Assembly (NCBI GenBank): GCA_043228905.1
Contig: JBHGNT010000016.1
Coordinates: 18,104,001 to 18,168,000, forward strand
Direction: 5' to 3'
DNA from: Azolla caroliniana
Lineage: Eukaryota; Plantae; Polypodiophyta
DNA: 64,000 bases
Both the position numbers and the translations under genes were made by a program. Below the pieces are notes generated by a model. That model was not told the DNA's origin. It saw only the letters and a program-made list of their open reading frames with translations, and searched no databases. How positions within the stretch are numbered: the first letter of the stretch is position 1; the number at the start of each line of letters is the position of its first letter. Of the stretch, positions 22,729 through 34,500 are shown piece after piece.

Positions 22729-25700
22729 TTACGCTGATACCGGAATCTCCTTCTGTCGGTTTTCCGGGATAGTCTTTGTCGGTATCGATGTTGGTTCTTC
22801 CTCGGTCCGGATTTCTGCAGCAGCGTCTCTCAGTGTCAGTTCCTCATCGTGCCGGATTTCCGAGTCTTGCTTGAACGGGTTGGTTGGCATATGTCCCTTA
22901 TACGGCTTTAGCCGAAACCCATTTGCCCACTTACCGATGACTTCTCCAGACAACGTGCCGAGCTGATACGACCCATTGTACTCCTTGGTGATCCAGAACG
23001 GTCCGGTCCACCGAAACCGCAACTTTCCCGGCATGTTCCCCATCCGTGTCTGGAACAGTAGCACCGGTTTTCCGACTTCGAACTCCTTTTCGTTGCCACG
23101 CCGGTGTCGGTCCACGAAAGCTTTTCTCCTCCTTTGCTCCAGTTCGAGTTGTAGTAAGCTGGCTATTCGGTTTTCTTCTAATTCCAACAACGTCGCTAGC
23201 CGGATTCGTTCGGACTCCTTCTCACTTAAGCGCTCCTTTACCTAGATCCGTAAGCTGGGGATCTGGAACTCTACCGGCATGACCGCTTCTAAGCCGAATG
23301 CTAGTCGGAACGGGGTTGTCCGGATGCTGGTTTTGTACGTTGTTTGGTACGCCCATAGCGCGCTCTGCAATTTCGTATCCCAGTCAGTCCGGTTCTCGTT
23401 GACGATTTTTCGTAGGATGTTCTACAGAGTTTAGGGTGGTGGGCCACCACAGTCCGCTCTGCCATATTTTCCGAGCGGTTGCGTCGCCGGCATAATGCCC
23501 GCCGGCAATTCCACAGTGGGCTTCCTTGAGGATTAGATCCTTCTCATCGCTCCGCACTGCTCGTCTCCAGATGCCATCTGCCCCCTTGTGATAGAGGGTG
23601 TCTCCAACAAAGTAGAAATGTCTGCTTCTTACTGCTACCCTTTTCCTTTCATCGCGGTCCATGTTCTCCGGGGGTACTCCGGTGCTCAGGAACTGATGCA
23701 TCTCGGTTAGCCACTTGTCTTCATGGGCTACCGTTGCATCCGTTGCCGGTTCTGTCGTGATCCGGAACAACTCGACGTCGGGGAACTCATCCTGTACACC
23801 GTCCCCTGCTTCTCCGGATTCGAGTCTGCTTAGGTGGTCCGCTACCGCATGCTGCGCCCCGGGTCGGTGGAAAATGTCGAATTCAAATTCCTGTAACAAC
23901 AGTGTCCATTGTGCAATTTTTCCCGTCAGGGATGCCTTCGAGACCAGGTAGAGTAGTTCCGAATGGTCGACATGGAAGGAAAACTTCCTTCCGAGCAGAT
24001 AGTGCCTGTACTTTGTGACACTATACACCATTCCTAATGCCTCTCGTTCTGTCGTAGAGTAGTTCCGTTTGGCTTTTGAGAGTTTCCGGCTTGCGTAGTA
24101 CACCGGCCGGTACCATTTCGGCTCCGTGAGTTGCATCAGAACGCTGCCGATTGCTACGTCCGACGCGTCGACGAAGATGTGAAAGATTTTACTCCAATCC
24201 GGCGGTTGCACCACCGGAGCTTGCGACAACATAACCTTCAGCGCTTGGTAGGCTTTCTCCTCCGTCTCCGCCCATAGGAAGGGTACCCTGTGTACGGCGG
24301 CATGCAATGGTGTAGCGAAGTCTGCGAGGTGCCATATCATCCGGCTATGCCACCTTATTTGGCCCAGGAACCGGCTTAAAGCCTTTGCGTTATTTGGTGC
24401 CGGTGCCTCGAGAATCGCCTTTACTTTATCCGGATCTACCGCGATTCCTTCCTTACTCACCACGTGCCCTAGTAAGTTGCCGCTTGCCACTCCAAAGACA
24501 CACTTGGCTGGGTTCAGACTCAACCGGTACTCGCGGCACTTCTCTAAGCACAGCCGGAGGTGATCGAGATGCTCTCCGTGCCGGCTGTAGACCGCGAAAT
24601 CGTCAAGGAAGACCTGCATAAAACCGGGGATATATTCCCCGAAAATTTGCATTATTATCCTTTGAAAGGTCGCTGGGGCCGTCTTTAGTCCGAACATCAT
24701 CACGACCGCGACGAACACTCCCCATTCCGTAACGAACGCTGTCTTCTCCTGGTCGTCCGGGTTCATTCGTATTTGGTTGTAACCGCTAAATCCATCCAGG
24801 AAGCTGTAAACTTCGTGGCCGGCTACCGCATCTAGCACCCCATCCGTAAATGGTAGTGGAAACGCATCGGTCACCGTTGCAGCATTTAGTTTCCGGTAGT
24901 CCACGCATACCCGGAATTTGCCGTTCTTTTTCGGGACCACCACTATCGGACTCAGCCAGGTTGCCTGCTTGACCGATCGGATAAATCCGACCCGGAGGAG
25001 CTTATCAATCTCCTCCTTCACCTTCGCCGCATAATTCGGATTCATCCGGTACCTGCGTTGAGCGATCGGTTTCGCGTCCGTACTTAGGTGAATTTGGTGC
25101 TAATAGAGATGGGGGTCCAGCCCTCGCATGTCTTCGTACGACCATGCGAACACATCCTTGAAGTCTGTTAATAATGCTACCATTGCCTTCTTTTCTTCCT
25201 TCGGCAATTCCTTTGCGACATTTACCGGTCGGGGCTTGTCTGTTGTGCCGAGGTCCACCTCCTCTAGTTGGGATGCTTTTACCCTCTGGGATATCGTCAT
25301 CTCCCTCTCTACGGATTCCTGCGCTTGTCAGAGTTCCTGGATCGCCGCTTGGTCCGGTTCGTCCGGCGTCGTGATGTACAGTTCTACTGCTACCGTGATA
25401 TCCACCTCAAATAGTGGGACGATTCGTGGGTGTTCCTCGAGGTACCAATCGACTTCCTCGTCCGGTAGTCCCTCCAACATGTTGATGCTTTCCGCATACA
25501 ATGGAGTTGCTTCCTTACTGGCGATCACTCGTGGTTGCGTCGCTACTGGTACCTTTGTTTTCCCTCGCCAGAATGTGATCATGTTCTTTTGCCAGTTCTG
25601 CTTGATATGCACCGTTCGCAGCCATGGTCGTCCTAGCAGTAGGGGGTACGCACCTTGTACATTCAGCTGCAGCACCACGGCCGATATCCGGAATACGTGG

Positions 25701-28140
25701 CCTCCGATCGTTACTTCCAAATCCCGGATAAGCTCGGTCGGTCGGACTGAGCTGGTATCTGCCATGCGTAACCAAAAGGGGCATGGTTCCCATTCCCGGA
25801 TGCCCAGGTTGTCGCATGTCTGTCGGCTGATGACATTTACCCCGGAGCCTCCGTCAATAATTGTTCCGGCAATTTCCTTTCCTTTCACGATTGCCGTGAT
25901 CACCGGGCTACTTGTATCGACCACAGCTGGTCCTTCCTCCGGGTTGGAGAAGAATGCCGGTGCTGGCGTCGGCTTCGGTTTGCTCACGGATGCCTGTAAG
26001 TCTGCCGTAAACCGTGGCACCAACTGTAGTAGCCGTGCTAACAGCAACACGATTTGACAGTCCTGGAGCGCTTGCCACGTCGGGTTTTCTCCTGGCCGTA
26101 TGATTTCTTCGTCTTTTGGCATATTTTGGTCTCTTACTTCTGCCGCATTCTGTTCATTGGCCTCCTTGATCCATTGCGCCGCTTGTTTTCTGATTGCCTC
26201 CTGGGCTTCCCACTCGGCGGTCTTCCCCTTTGACCGGGTTGTGACCTGCTGCACTTCCGTTATTTCGACTGTAACCATGTTGACTGCCGATTGCTTGTCA
26301 TTGGTTTTGCTTGGGCATTGGTTACTATAATGGCCCTCCTTACGGCAGTAATAACAGTACACCTTGTGACTGTTGCTCGTTTCTCCTTTGTCCCCGGTTT
26401 GGGGGGTGGGTATACTTCGGCGGTCGTCTTCGGTTTTTCGGTTATCCGGTACCGATACCGGGTTGTCATTCCTTGCTGCCTCCCGACGTTCCTCTCTTCG
26501 GAAAAATCCACGCTTCTAATTCCGTCGGAAATTTCGGTTCCCTTGTCGCCTCTCTTCTCTGCGTCGTTCGTATTCCGGGGATTCGTCTCGGTCGTACCGG
26601 TCCCGGGGGTAGCTATCTCTGCGTTTCTCCTCTCGGTCATAGTTATCGCGTCTTCTATCAGCGTATCTATTACCACGTTCGCGTTGGTAGCGGTTGTCTC
26701 TCCGGAATCGATCCTCATCCGGGTCCTGATTGCGCGGTTCTATGTGTCGAACTGGTGCCGCCTGCCGATTTAACAGGTTATATTTGCATCGGTCCGTTGT
26801 ATGGGCTCAAGAGTTGCAGATCATACATTGTGTCCGCAGGTTGCAGTCTACCGTTGAGTGGCCCGAATTTAGGCATGTTGTGCATTGTAAGGCCTGTCGG
26901 AACCTCAGGTCTTCCTCCTTCAGGAGTGCCCGGTGTAACCTCCCCATCGACAAGAAGGAGCTAGTCTTGTCCATTTCTAAGACCCGATCAATAACTTGGT
27001 CCATTGTGCTGGTGCGGAAATCAAGGACTCCGCACATCGTTCGAAGTGGCTCTTTTAGCGCGGCCAAAAAGACTGCTTTGGCTTCGTCTTCGGGTGGTGC
27101 TCTCGTCAGTTGGTTGTGCAGGGTCTGAAACCGAATGATGAATTATGGCACAGTCTCGTTCTCTTCCTGCCGGGTGGTGTAGAACTGCCCGACCAATTCC
27201 CTTTGCTCAACTTGTCTGTGAAAAAGCCTGAGGAATTTGGCCTTCAAGGCATCGAATGTGGAAAAGCTGCCCGATAATTGCTTTGCGTGCCATCGGGCCG
27301 CCGGTCCTTCTAAGGTCATGCCGAATTCGGCGACTTTGGATCGTTCGGCTTCGGGCTCCGTCAGTCTTTGGGAAACATGGTTGGCTTCCCATGTTTGGAG
27401 GAATGCGTACACGTGTGCCTCCGCATCGGGCTCATCCCGGTACTTTGGGTATGGGTACGACATCGTGTCGTCCAACTGACTCTCCTGCTCTCTCCGCTCT
27501 CTGTCCGCTGTTGGCGTCGGTGTGAGAACCTTCGGTTCCTCCGCGGTTGGTGCCGGTATCCGCTCCTTCAGTTCCTCCGCGGGTGTTGTCGGTGTCCGGT
27601 CCTTCGGTTCCTTCGCGGCTGTTGTCAGTATCCGCTCCTTCGGTTCCTCCGCGGTTGTTGTCGGTGTCCGGTCCTTCGGTTCCTTCGCGGGTGTTGTCGG
27701 TATCCGGTCAGCCTCCCTCGGCGATTGCCGGTCACCAAACTCCAAGGTTATTTCTTCCTCTGGCTCCGGCGTTACTAAGTCTTCCGACTCCTCTTCCCCC
27801 GGGTCGTTTGGTGTGTCGTGGCTGCTTTTATACCGGGACGCAACGCTTCCGTCGTTTTCCGACTCCGCCTCGAGTGTTGCGAATGCTTCCGAGTCCCCGT
27901 CGCCACCGGCGAGCGTCTGTAGTATCATTTCCGCCTCTTGCAGGCTTGTTATGCTACTGCCTTCGTCGGGGACTTGCAGAACCCGGAACTGCAGTGCTTC
28001 TTCTACGACTCTCCGAAGAGTTCTGGAGAATGACCGATCCCGCCGGATCTCGTCGACGGCTTGCTGCAGGGCTTCCCATCGTCACTCTCGTTCGGTGTAT
28101 CGTCTCCCTCGTTCGGTGATGTGGTCGTCGTTTGGTCTAG
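22729..28140 (-). pseudogene. gag-pol of the Athila-like element (stops; integrase core deleted near 23430)
   Basis: CYYCRKEGHYSNQC knuckle, IIDGGSG protease, FLDDF RT, VDASD RNaseH, WWPTTL, WTGPF. Confidence 0.93.
27520..27710 (-). repeat. 36-bp coding tandem repeat (TPTTxAxEPKDR) in the Gag N-terminus
   Basis: About five copies in ORF 27143-27928. Confidence 0.9.
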
Positions 28141-31084
28141 ACATCCATCCCCCAGTTGTCCTCTGCACTTTGCAGGAATCGTGGTCACCAAAATAGTGTT
28201 GTATGCCTGGCCGGACTAGCCTCAACACAAGTGTCTATCCGACACTTCTCCAAAGGGGTGGTAAGGATTGGATGCTAGGTTACACGCGTAAGATTATTAC
28301 ACTAAGCACAGACGGTAAAACAATACAAAGACAAAGATAAACACACAATAAGTATAATTGTATTACTTCCGTAAAGCATTTACAAATCATCGGATCCTTT
28401 TATAGGCATCCGGCAAGGTTACAATCGGTGCGCTTAGGAAACCGGCATCCAAATCGGTCCGGATCCGGATCGGTACAACTGTACCGTTTCCGTCCCTCCG
28501 AATAATAAATATACTATTATTTACTTCCTATTATCCGATCCGACTCTGCCTTCCCACTTGTCATTGCTCTTCTGACCGGCCAACACCTGGAAGAGAAGGA
28601 ATGCTGATGCACTATGTACCATAGTCACTAGTGTATGTGACTCTGTACTAACATTAGTGCAACATACAACCAAGGCACATGAAGCTTGGAGCATATGGGC
28701 CAGCCAATATGAGACCAGAAACTATACAAGGATACAAAACCTTGAAAATCAGCTTGCTGCAGAGAAGCTCGCCGATGGAGAGAAAGTAGAATCCTTTGTA
28801 AAAAGGATTAAGGATCTTCAAGATCAGCTAACGGCTATTGGAGTAGTCGTCTCTCAAGAGGATATGGCTCGCCGGTGCATTCGAGTACTTCCTTTCAAGT
28901 ATGATGGCATTGTGACAGCATTGAACACTCAGGTTCGACCCACTCCTTTAAAATTTGATGAACTAAGTGTGATGCTGCTTGAAGAGGAGCTTTGGTTGAA
29001 GACAAGAGAAGGAAGGGAAGATTCGGCATTTGTCTCTAGGACTAAGGGTAAAGGGGCATCCAATTCAAATAATGCGAATAGGATACCAAAGAAGAAGTTC
29101 AATGGATCGTGTTTCTATTGTGACAAGAAGGGTCACACAATCAAGGATTGTCGGAAGAAGATGGCGGACGAGAAGAATGGTTATAGTAAGACCTCTTGGA
29201 GAGAGCCCGAGTCCGCCAACAACGTCGTAGATGAGCATGAGTTATGGGTTGCAACTGAAGAAGTGTGTTATGCAGTTGACACCCAAGTTGTCGATGACTC
29301 TTGGATTCTCGATAGTGGAGCATCCCGACATATGACCAGTAATCGTGACTGGTATAGCTCTTGGACACCTCTACAAGAGCCCATCAATGTTGTGGTCGGG
29401 AACAATGCTCGATGTCCAACCAAAGGAACGGGAACCGTCTCCCTCAAAGCAACGACCGGCGGGACAAAGCATCTCTCTCAAGTGTTGTACATGCCAGATC
29501 TCAAGAAGAATCTATTGTCCATTTTTGCACTGACCGACAAGGGTCTTGATGTTCGATTCAAGAAGTCAGGTGCAGAAATAACAGATTCTGCTGGCAAGGT
29601 TGTAGGAATAGGGGTAAGGCGCAACAATCTCTATGAGCTGAGCGCACTTACCATTTCTATTGACCATAGCACAAGTACTAACGCAAAGCAATGGCATGAG
29701 AGATTTGGGCATCTCAATGTTGCTGTGTTGAAGGAGATGAAGAAGTCGAATATGGTAGTTGGGTTGCCAACCCTATCTGACTTAAGTCATGTTTGTGATG
29801 CTTGTATGATGGGCAAGCATCAAAGATCAGCTATTCCAAAAGAGAGTCAAAATCGGACAAAGACTCCTCTACAACTAATACACATCGACCTCTCTAGAAA
29901 AATGGTGACTCCTGTAATGGGTGGATCTCTCTATTATATGCTGTTAGTTGACGACTTCAGTAGAAAGATGTGGGTTTACTTCCTTCAGGAGAAGGCTGAA
30001 GCTTTTAAAATCTTCAAAAGATGGCATACGTTTGTTGAGCAAGAGTCCAGAAAGTTAGTGACGGAGTTACGCTCTGATCGAGGTGGAGAGTTCTTATCAA
30101 TAGAATTTTGTGAGTATTGCAAAGAGCATGGAATTAGGCACCAACTTACAACTGCCTACACCCCATAACAAAATGGTGTTGTCGAACGTCGAAACCAAAC
30201 AGTTGTCGAGATGGCTAGGTGTATGTTGAAGGCACAAGCGCTACCTGACCCATTCTGGGCTGAAGCAGAGAATACAACAATTTACATCGTCAATCGGAGC
30301 TACACGAAGGCACTTCAAGGGAAAACACCCCACGAAGCATATTCAAGCAAGAAACCTTCAGTGCTACACTTCAGAACCTTTGGGTGTACGTGCTACGCAC
30401 ATGTTCCAGATGTGAGCAGAAAGAAGTTGGATGCTAAAAGCAAGAAGTGTATCTTTCTCGGATACAGTGAAGAGTCAAAGGCCTATCGACTCTATGATCC
30501 AAAGGCAAGAAAGATATTGACAAGCCGCGATATGGTGTTTAATGAAGAACAACCACAGCTAGCTGAGAACAACGATTCTCAAGTTATCTCATCAACTGAA
30601 GAGGTATTTTACCCAATCCCGACCCATTGTCCAGAAAAGGAAGCTGAATCATCTGATGGTAATGGCTCACTAGTTCAGCCTATGCCAGTCCCACATGTAA
30701 AGAAAATACCTAAGTGGGCTCAAAAACTCTTCAATGACCGTACTCCTAAAGTTGAGTTTCCTGAAACTTCAACTGATGGATTACGAAGATCAAGAAGAAT
30801 ACAGGAGCAAGGGAGAACCTCTGACCACATTGTAAACATGGCTCTGATGGTGGACATCATCGGCTCAGTGAGTGAGCCGACCTCAGTGGAGGAAGCCATG
30901 ACCAACCCAAAGTGGAAAGAGGCGATGATATCAGAATATGATAGCATCATGAAAAATGACACATGGGAGTTGGTAGAGAGGTCAACAAAGAAGAAGGTGA
31001 TAGGCACGAAGTGGGTGTGGAAAGTAAAGTATAAAGTTGATGATTCTTTGGAGAAATTCAAGGCTAGGCTAGTGTCATGATATG

Positions 31085-31142
31085 GCAAGACTCGAACCCA
31101 TGACCTTAGGTTATATGGGTCGAGCTCTTGACCATTATATTA
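31085..31142 (-). promoter_or_regulatory. Antisense tRNA-like A/B-box module at the start of the chromovirus LTR (also near 35541-35600, 58382-58442, 63580-63640 and 2272-2335)
   Basis: Best copy (63568 LTR) reads on the minus strand TGGTCTAATGG..AAGGTCATGGGTTCGAGTC with tRNA T8-to-G53 spacing; the A box is degraded in the 31073 copy. Confidence 0.55.
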
Positions 31143-31514
31143 TCTATTGTAAAATATTATTTTCATTTACATTTTATTATAGGAAATTAATGTATATTCC
31201 AGATTTCTCTGGAACATTCTAGAAGCTTCCGGATTACTCCTGAGAACACTATCAAAGAGGGCACTAGGCATTATGTTGAACCAAATTGGTTGAACAACGC
31301 TAGTCTTTAGCCTCATATCCCTTTTGTACTTACTCTTCTTATAATATATAATCTGTTATCATCATCTCTCTCTCTCTCTCGTCCTCGCTATCTCTCTCTC
31401 TCCTCTTCTCTCTTCCTCTCTCGGGGGTCTTACGTAGTCCCGTCCTCTTAGTACTAATAGTACTTCCCTTTTCTAGTACTAATTGTCTCTCTATTTAGTA
31501 CTATTCCTGACAGT

Positions 31515-31526
31515 TTGAACCAATTT
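31515..31526 (+). other. Self-priming PBS
   Basis: TTGAACCAATTT is the reverse complement of AAATTGGTTCAA (35746-35757), about 30 nt downstream of the LTR TATA box. Confidence 0.8.
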
Positions 31527-34500
31527 CCCCTTTTGTCTCTCTCCCTTCATAGTAATCTCTTATTCCTCTCTTTTCATCCCATGGCCACAGTTAGCGCTCA
31601 GGAATATCAATATGTTTTCTTAGAGTTTCAATGCTTGAAAGAGAAGTTCCTTGCTTTGGAACCAGAAAATCAACGGTTGTTGGGGGATCTTCAACAAATC
31701 TCCTTTGAAAAGTAGCAAACGCAACAACAACATGGGGAACTTGCATTACGCGTGCAACAACTCGAAGCAACCATCGTAGCGATGCAACAACAAGGCCCCG
31801 GAACACAAGGGATTCATAAGGAACACAAGGGATTCATAAGGAACCCAAGATTGACCTTCACACGAAGTTTGATGGAACACGATCGCAGTTTAGAGGGTTC
31901 CTGAATCAGGTATGATTAGTTATTCAAATGCATCCTTCCCGATATCCTACCAATGCATCACGAGTGGGTTTAGTAGGGACGTTGTTAAGTGGCTCAGCGT
32001 TGGCATGGTTCGCTCCACTGTTGGAAAAGGAGTTTCCATTACTCAACAACTTTGAAGAGTTTATAGGTGAGTTTAAAGCATGCTTTGGGGATACTGACAA
32101 CATAAGGACCGCAATCAACAAAATCCGGCGATTACGCCAAGGAGATCGTCCAGCCTCTGCATACACTGCAGATTTCCGCCTACTCGCCGCTGACATCCCT
32201 TGGGATGATCAAGCGTTGATGGAGCAATTCCGTTATGGTTTACGCAACGATGCCAAGGATTTACTCTTGACTTTCCCTAAAGAGACAAAGTCCTTAACAG
32301 AAGCAATCAATCGCGCGGTGAGATGTGACAACCGCCTTTTTGAGAGACGTTCGGAACGACAGCTATAGATGCCGAGGGCAAGATCAGAGCCCACCTACGC
32401 CTCAATGGCAGCAAAACCTTTACCAAGGGAGTACTATAATGCGCCTCCAGTGAATACTCTGACTCCGATGGAGATTGACACTACACGTTGTCGAGGGCCA
32501 TTATCGGAAGAAGAAAAGCAGCGACGCCGAACAAATCGATTATGTCTCTACTGCGGTGGACCAGGACACATTGAAATAAATTGTCCCCATAGGCCAAGAA
32601 GACAGGTAAACCAAATAGTTGCTAGTTCTAATTGTACTAAACCCGAGCCTATTACAGTAGGGATATTTGATAGTACTAATAGTACTAATAGCCTAGATCT
32701 AGCGAACAAATTTGATGTCCTTACTCAGTTAGAAGAAGAGTTAAACGACTAAGTCCAGCCAAAATAGGAGCCGTTTGGTTGGACAGCCCTAGATCTTTGC
32801 AGCCCATTAGTGGTTCCATTCCCTCTAAGCAAGTTAGCAATGTGCTCATAGCCCAAGTAACAGTTAGTACTAAAAGTACCCCTCCAGTACACGTCTTAGC
32901 ACTCCTAGACTCCGGAGCTAATTCTTGCTTTATGGATAGGATTTATGCCCAAGCTCGTCAAATATCTCTTAGAAAACTCCTGTGTCCATCCTTTGTAGTC
33001 GTCATTGATGGTCATCCCATTGCTTCCGGAAAAATCATAGAAGAGTCAGAACCCGTTAATATTGTCCTAGATAACTTAGCACGTGTAGTATCATTTAACA
33101 TTATTAGTATCCCAGAACATCCCATCGTTTTGGGATTACCATGGTTCGAGTTACATAACCCAGACATAGATTGGAGAACAAGAGAAATCCGGTGTCGACA
33201 AACCCGAGGATCTACTCAGAAGATTGCCACAATTTCACTACATCAATTGCGGGAAGAAGGACGCAAGGAAGAAATGTTTCTCTTCACAATATCACTAAAA
33301 CCCTCCGACACCATTAAAGAGGAGTCCACCGTTCAGCTTCCAAAGAAGTATCATCATTATGCCAATGTATTCGATAAAGTACGAGCTAATACGCTTCCTC
33401 ACCATCGACCATATGATTGCCCAATCGATTTACAACCAGGGAAAGAGCCACCATGGGGACCAATCTACAATTTGTCACCAACCGAGCTAGAAGTCCTTCG
33501 AGCCTATATAGAGGAGAATTTGGAGAATGAATTCATTTGACATTCGAAATCTCCAGCCGGCGCACCCATTTTCTTCGTCAAAAAAAAGGATGGCTCACTT
33601 CGTCTGGTGGTAGATTACCGTGGTTTGAATAAAGTTACAATCCGCAATAGGTATGCACTTCCCCTTATCTCAAGTCTTTTAGAACGAATCAATGGTGCCA
33701 GGTTCATCACAAAGATCGACTTATGGGGTGCCTATACCCTCGTACGGATTTGACCAGGAGATGAATGGAAGACCGCGTTCCGCACTAGATATGGGCACTT
33801 CGAGTATACAATCATGCCATTCGGCCTCACTAATGCGCCAGCAGTCGTCCAACACATGGCAAATGATATATTCCAAGATCTCTAGGATGTGTGTCTGATC
33901 ATCTACTTGGATGATCTACTGGTTTATTCAAAGACCGAAAAAGAGCATGATTCTCATGTACTATTAGTACTAAAACGATTTCGAGAACATGGTCTTTACG
34001 CAAAGCTAGAAAAATGTAGTTTCGGGTGCAAGCAGGTGGAATTTCTCGGCTACGTCATTTCATCAGAAGGCATCTCCATGGACCTAGCTAAGGTCAAGAT
34101 GGTGGTAGAATGGCAGACTCCGTGCTCGGTGCGGGATGTGCAATGCTTTTTAGGCTTTTCCAATTTTTACTGGAAGTTTATACGAGATTACTCAAAACTC
34201 ATTCTGCCTCTCACACAGCTTACTAGGAAGGGATAATCGTTCGTTTGGTCTGAAGAAGCAGATATGGATTTCGAGAGTCTTAAAAATGCATTTACATCGG
34301 CTCCAATTCTAGATCATGTCGATCCGGAAAAACCATTCATTATCGAAGCTGACGCATTGGATTTCGCATTGGGGAGCATTCTGTCACAACGGGGTAATGA
34401 TGAGAAGCTACATCCTGTGGCTTTTCACTCACGCAAGTTTGACGCCACCAAAATCAACTACGAAATTCATGATAAGGAGCTATTGGCAATAGTGGACTCG

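Larger units (their letters stand above)
15248..28585 (-). mobile_element. Athila-like non-chromovirus Ty3/Gypsy element with a 3' extra ORF
   Basis: 389-bp LTRs 15248-15636 and 28197-28585 (about 14 differences by eye); TSD CCTGG; removing it restores the Copia gag ADLLRAW|KRRNADAL; order gag-PR-RT-RH-INT with no extra RH. Confidence 0.95.

Noticed and set aside
25128-28196. Long plus-strand ORFs (309, 217, 224 and 190 aa), and similar ones at 18512-19750 and 46921-48755
   Set aside because: They are antisense shadows of GC-rich gag/pol frames with no recognisable domains.
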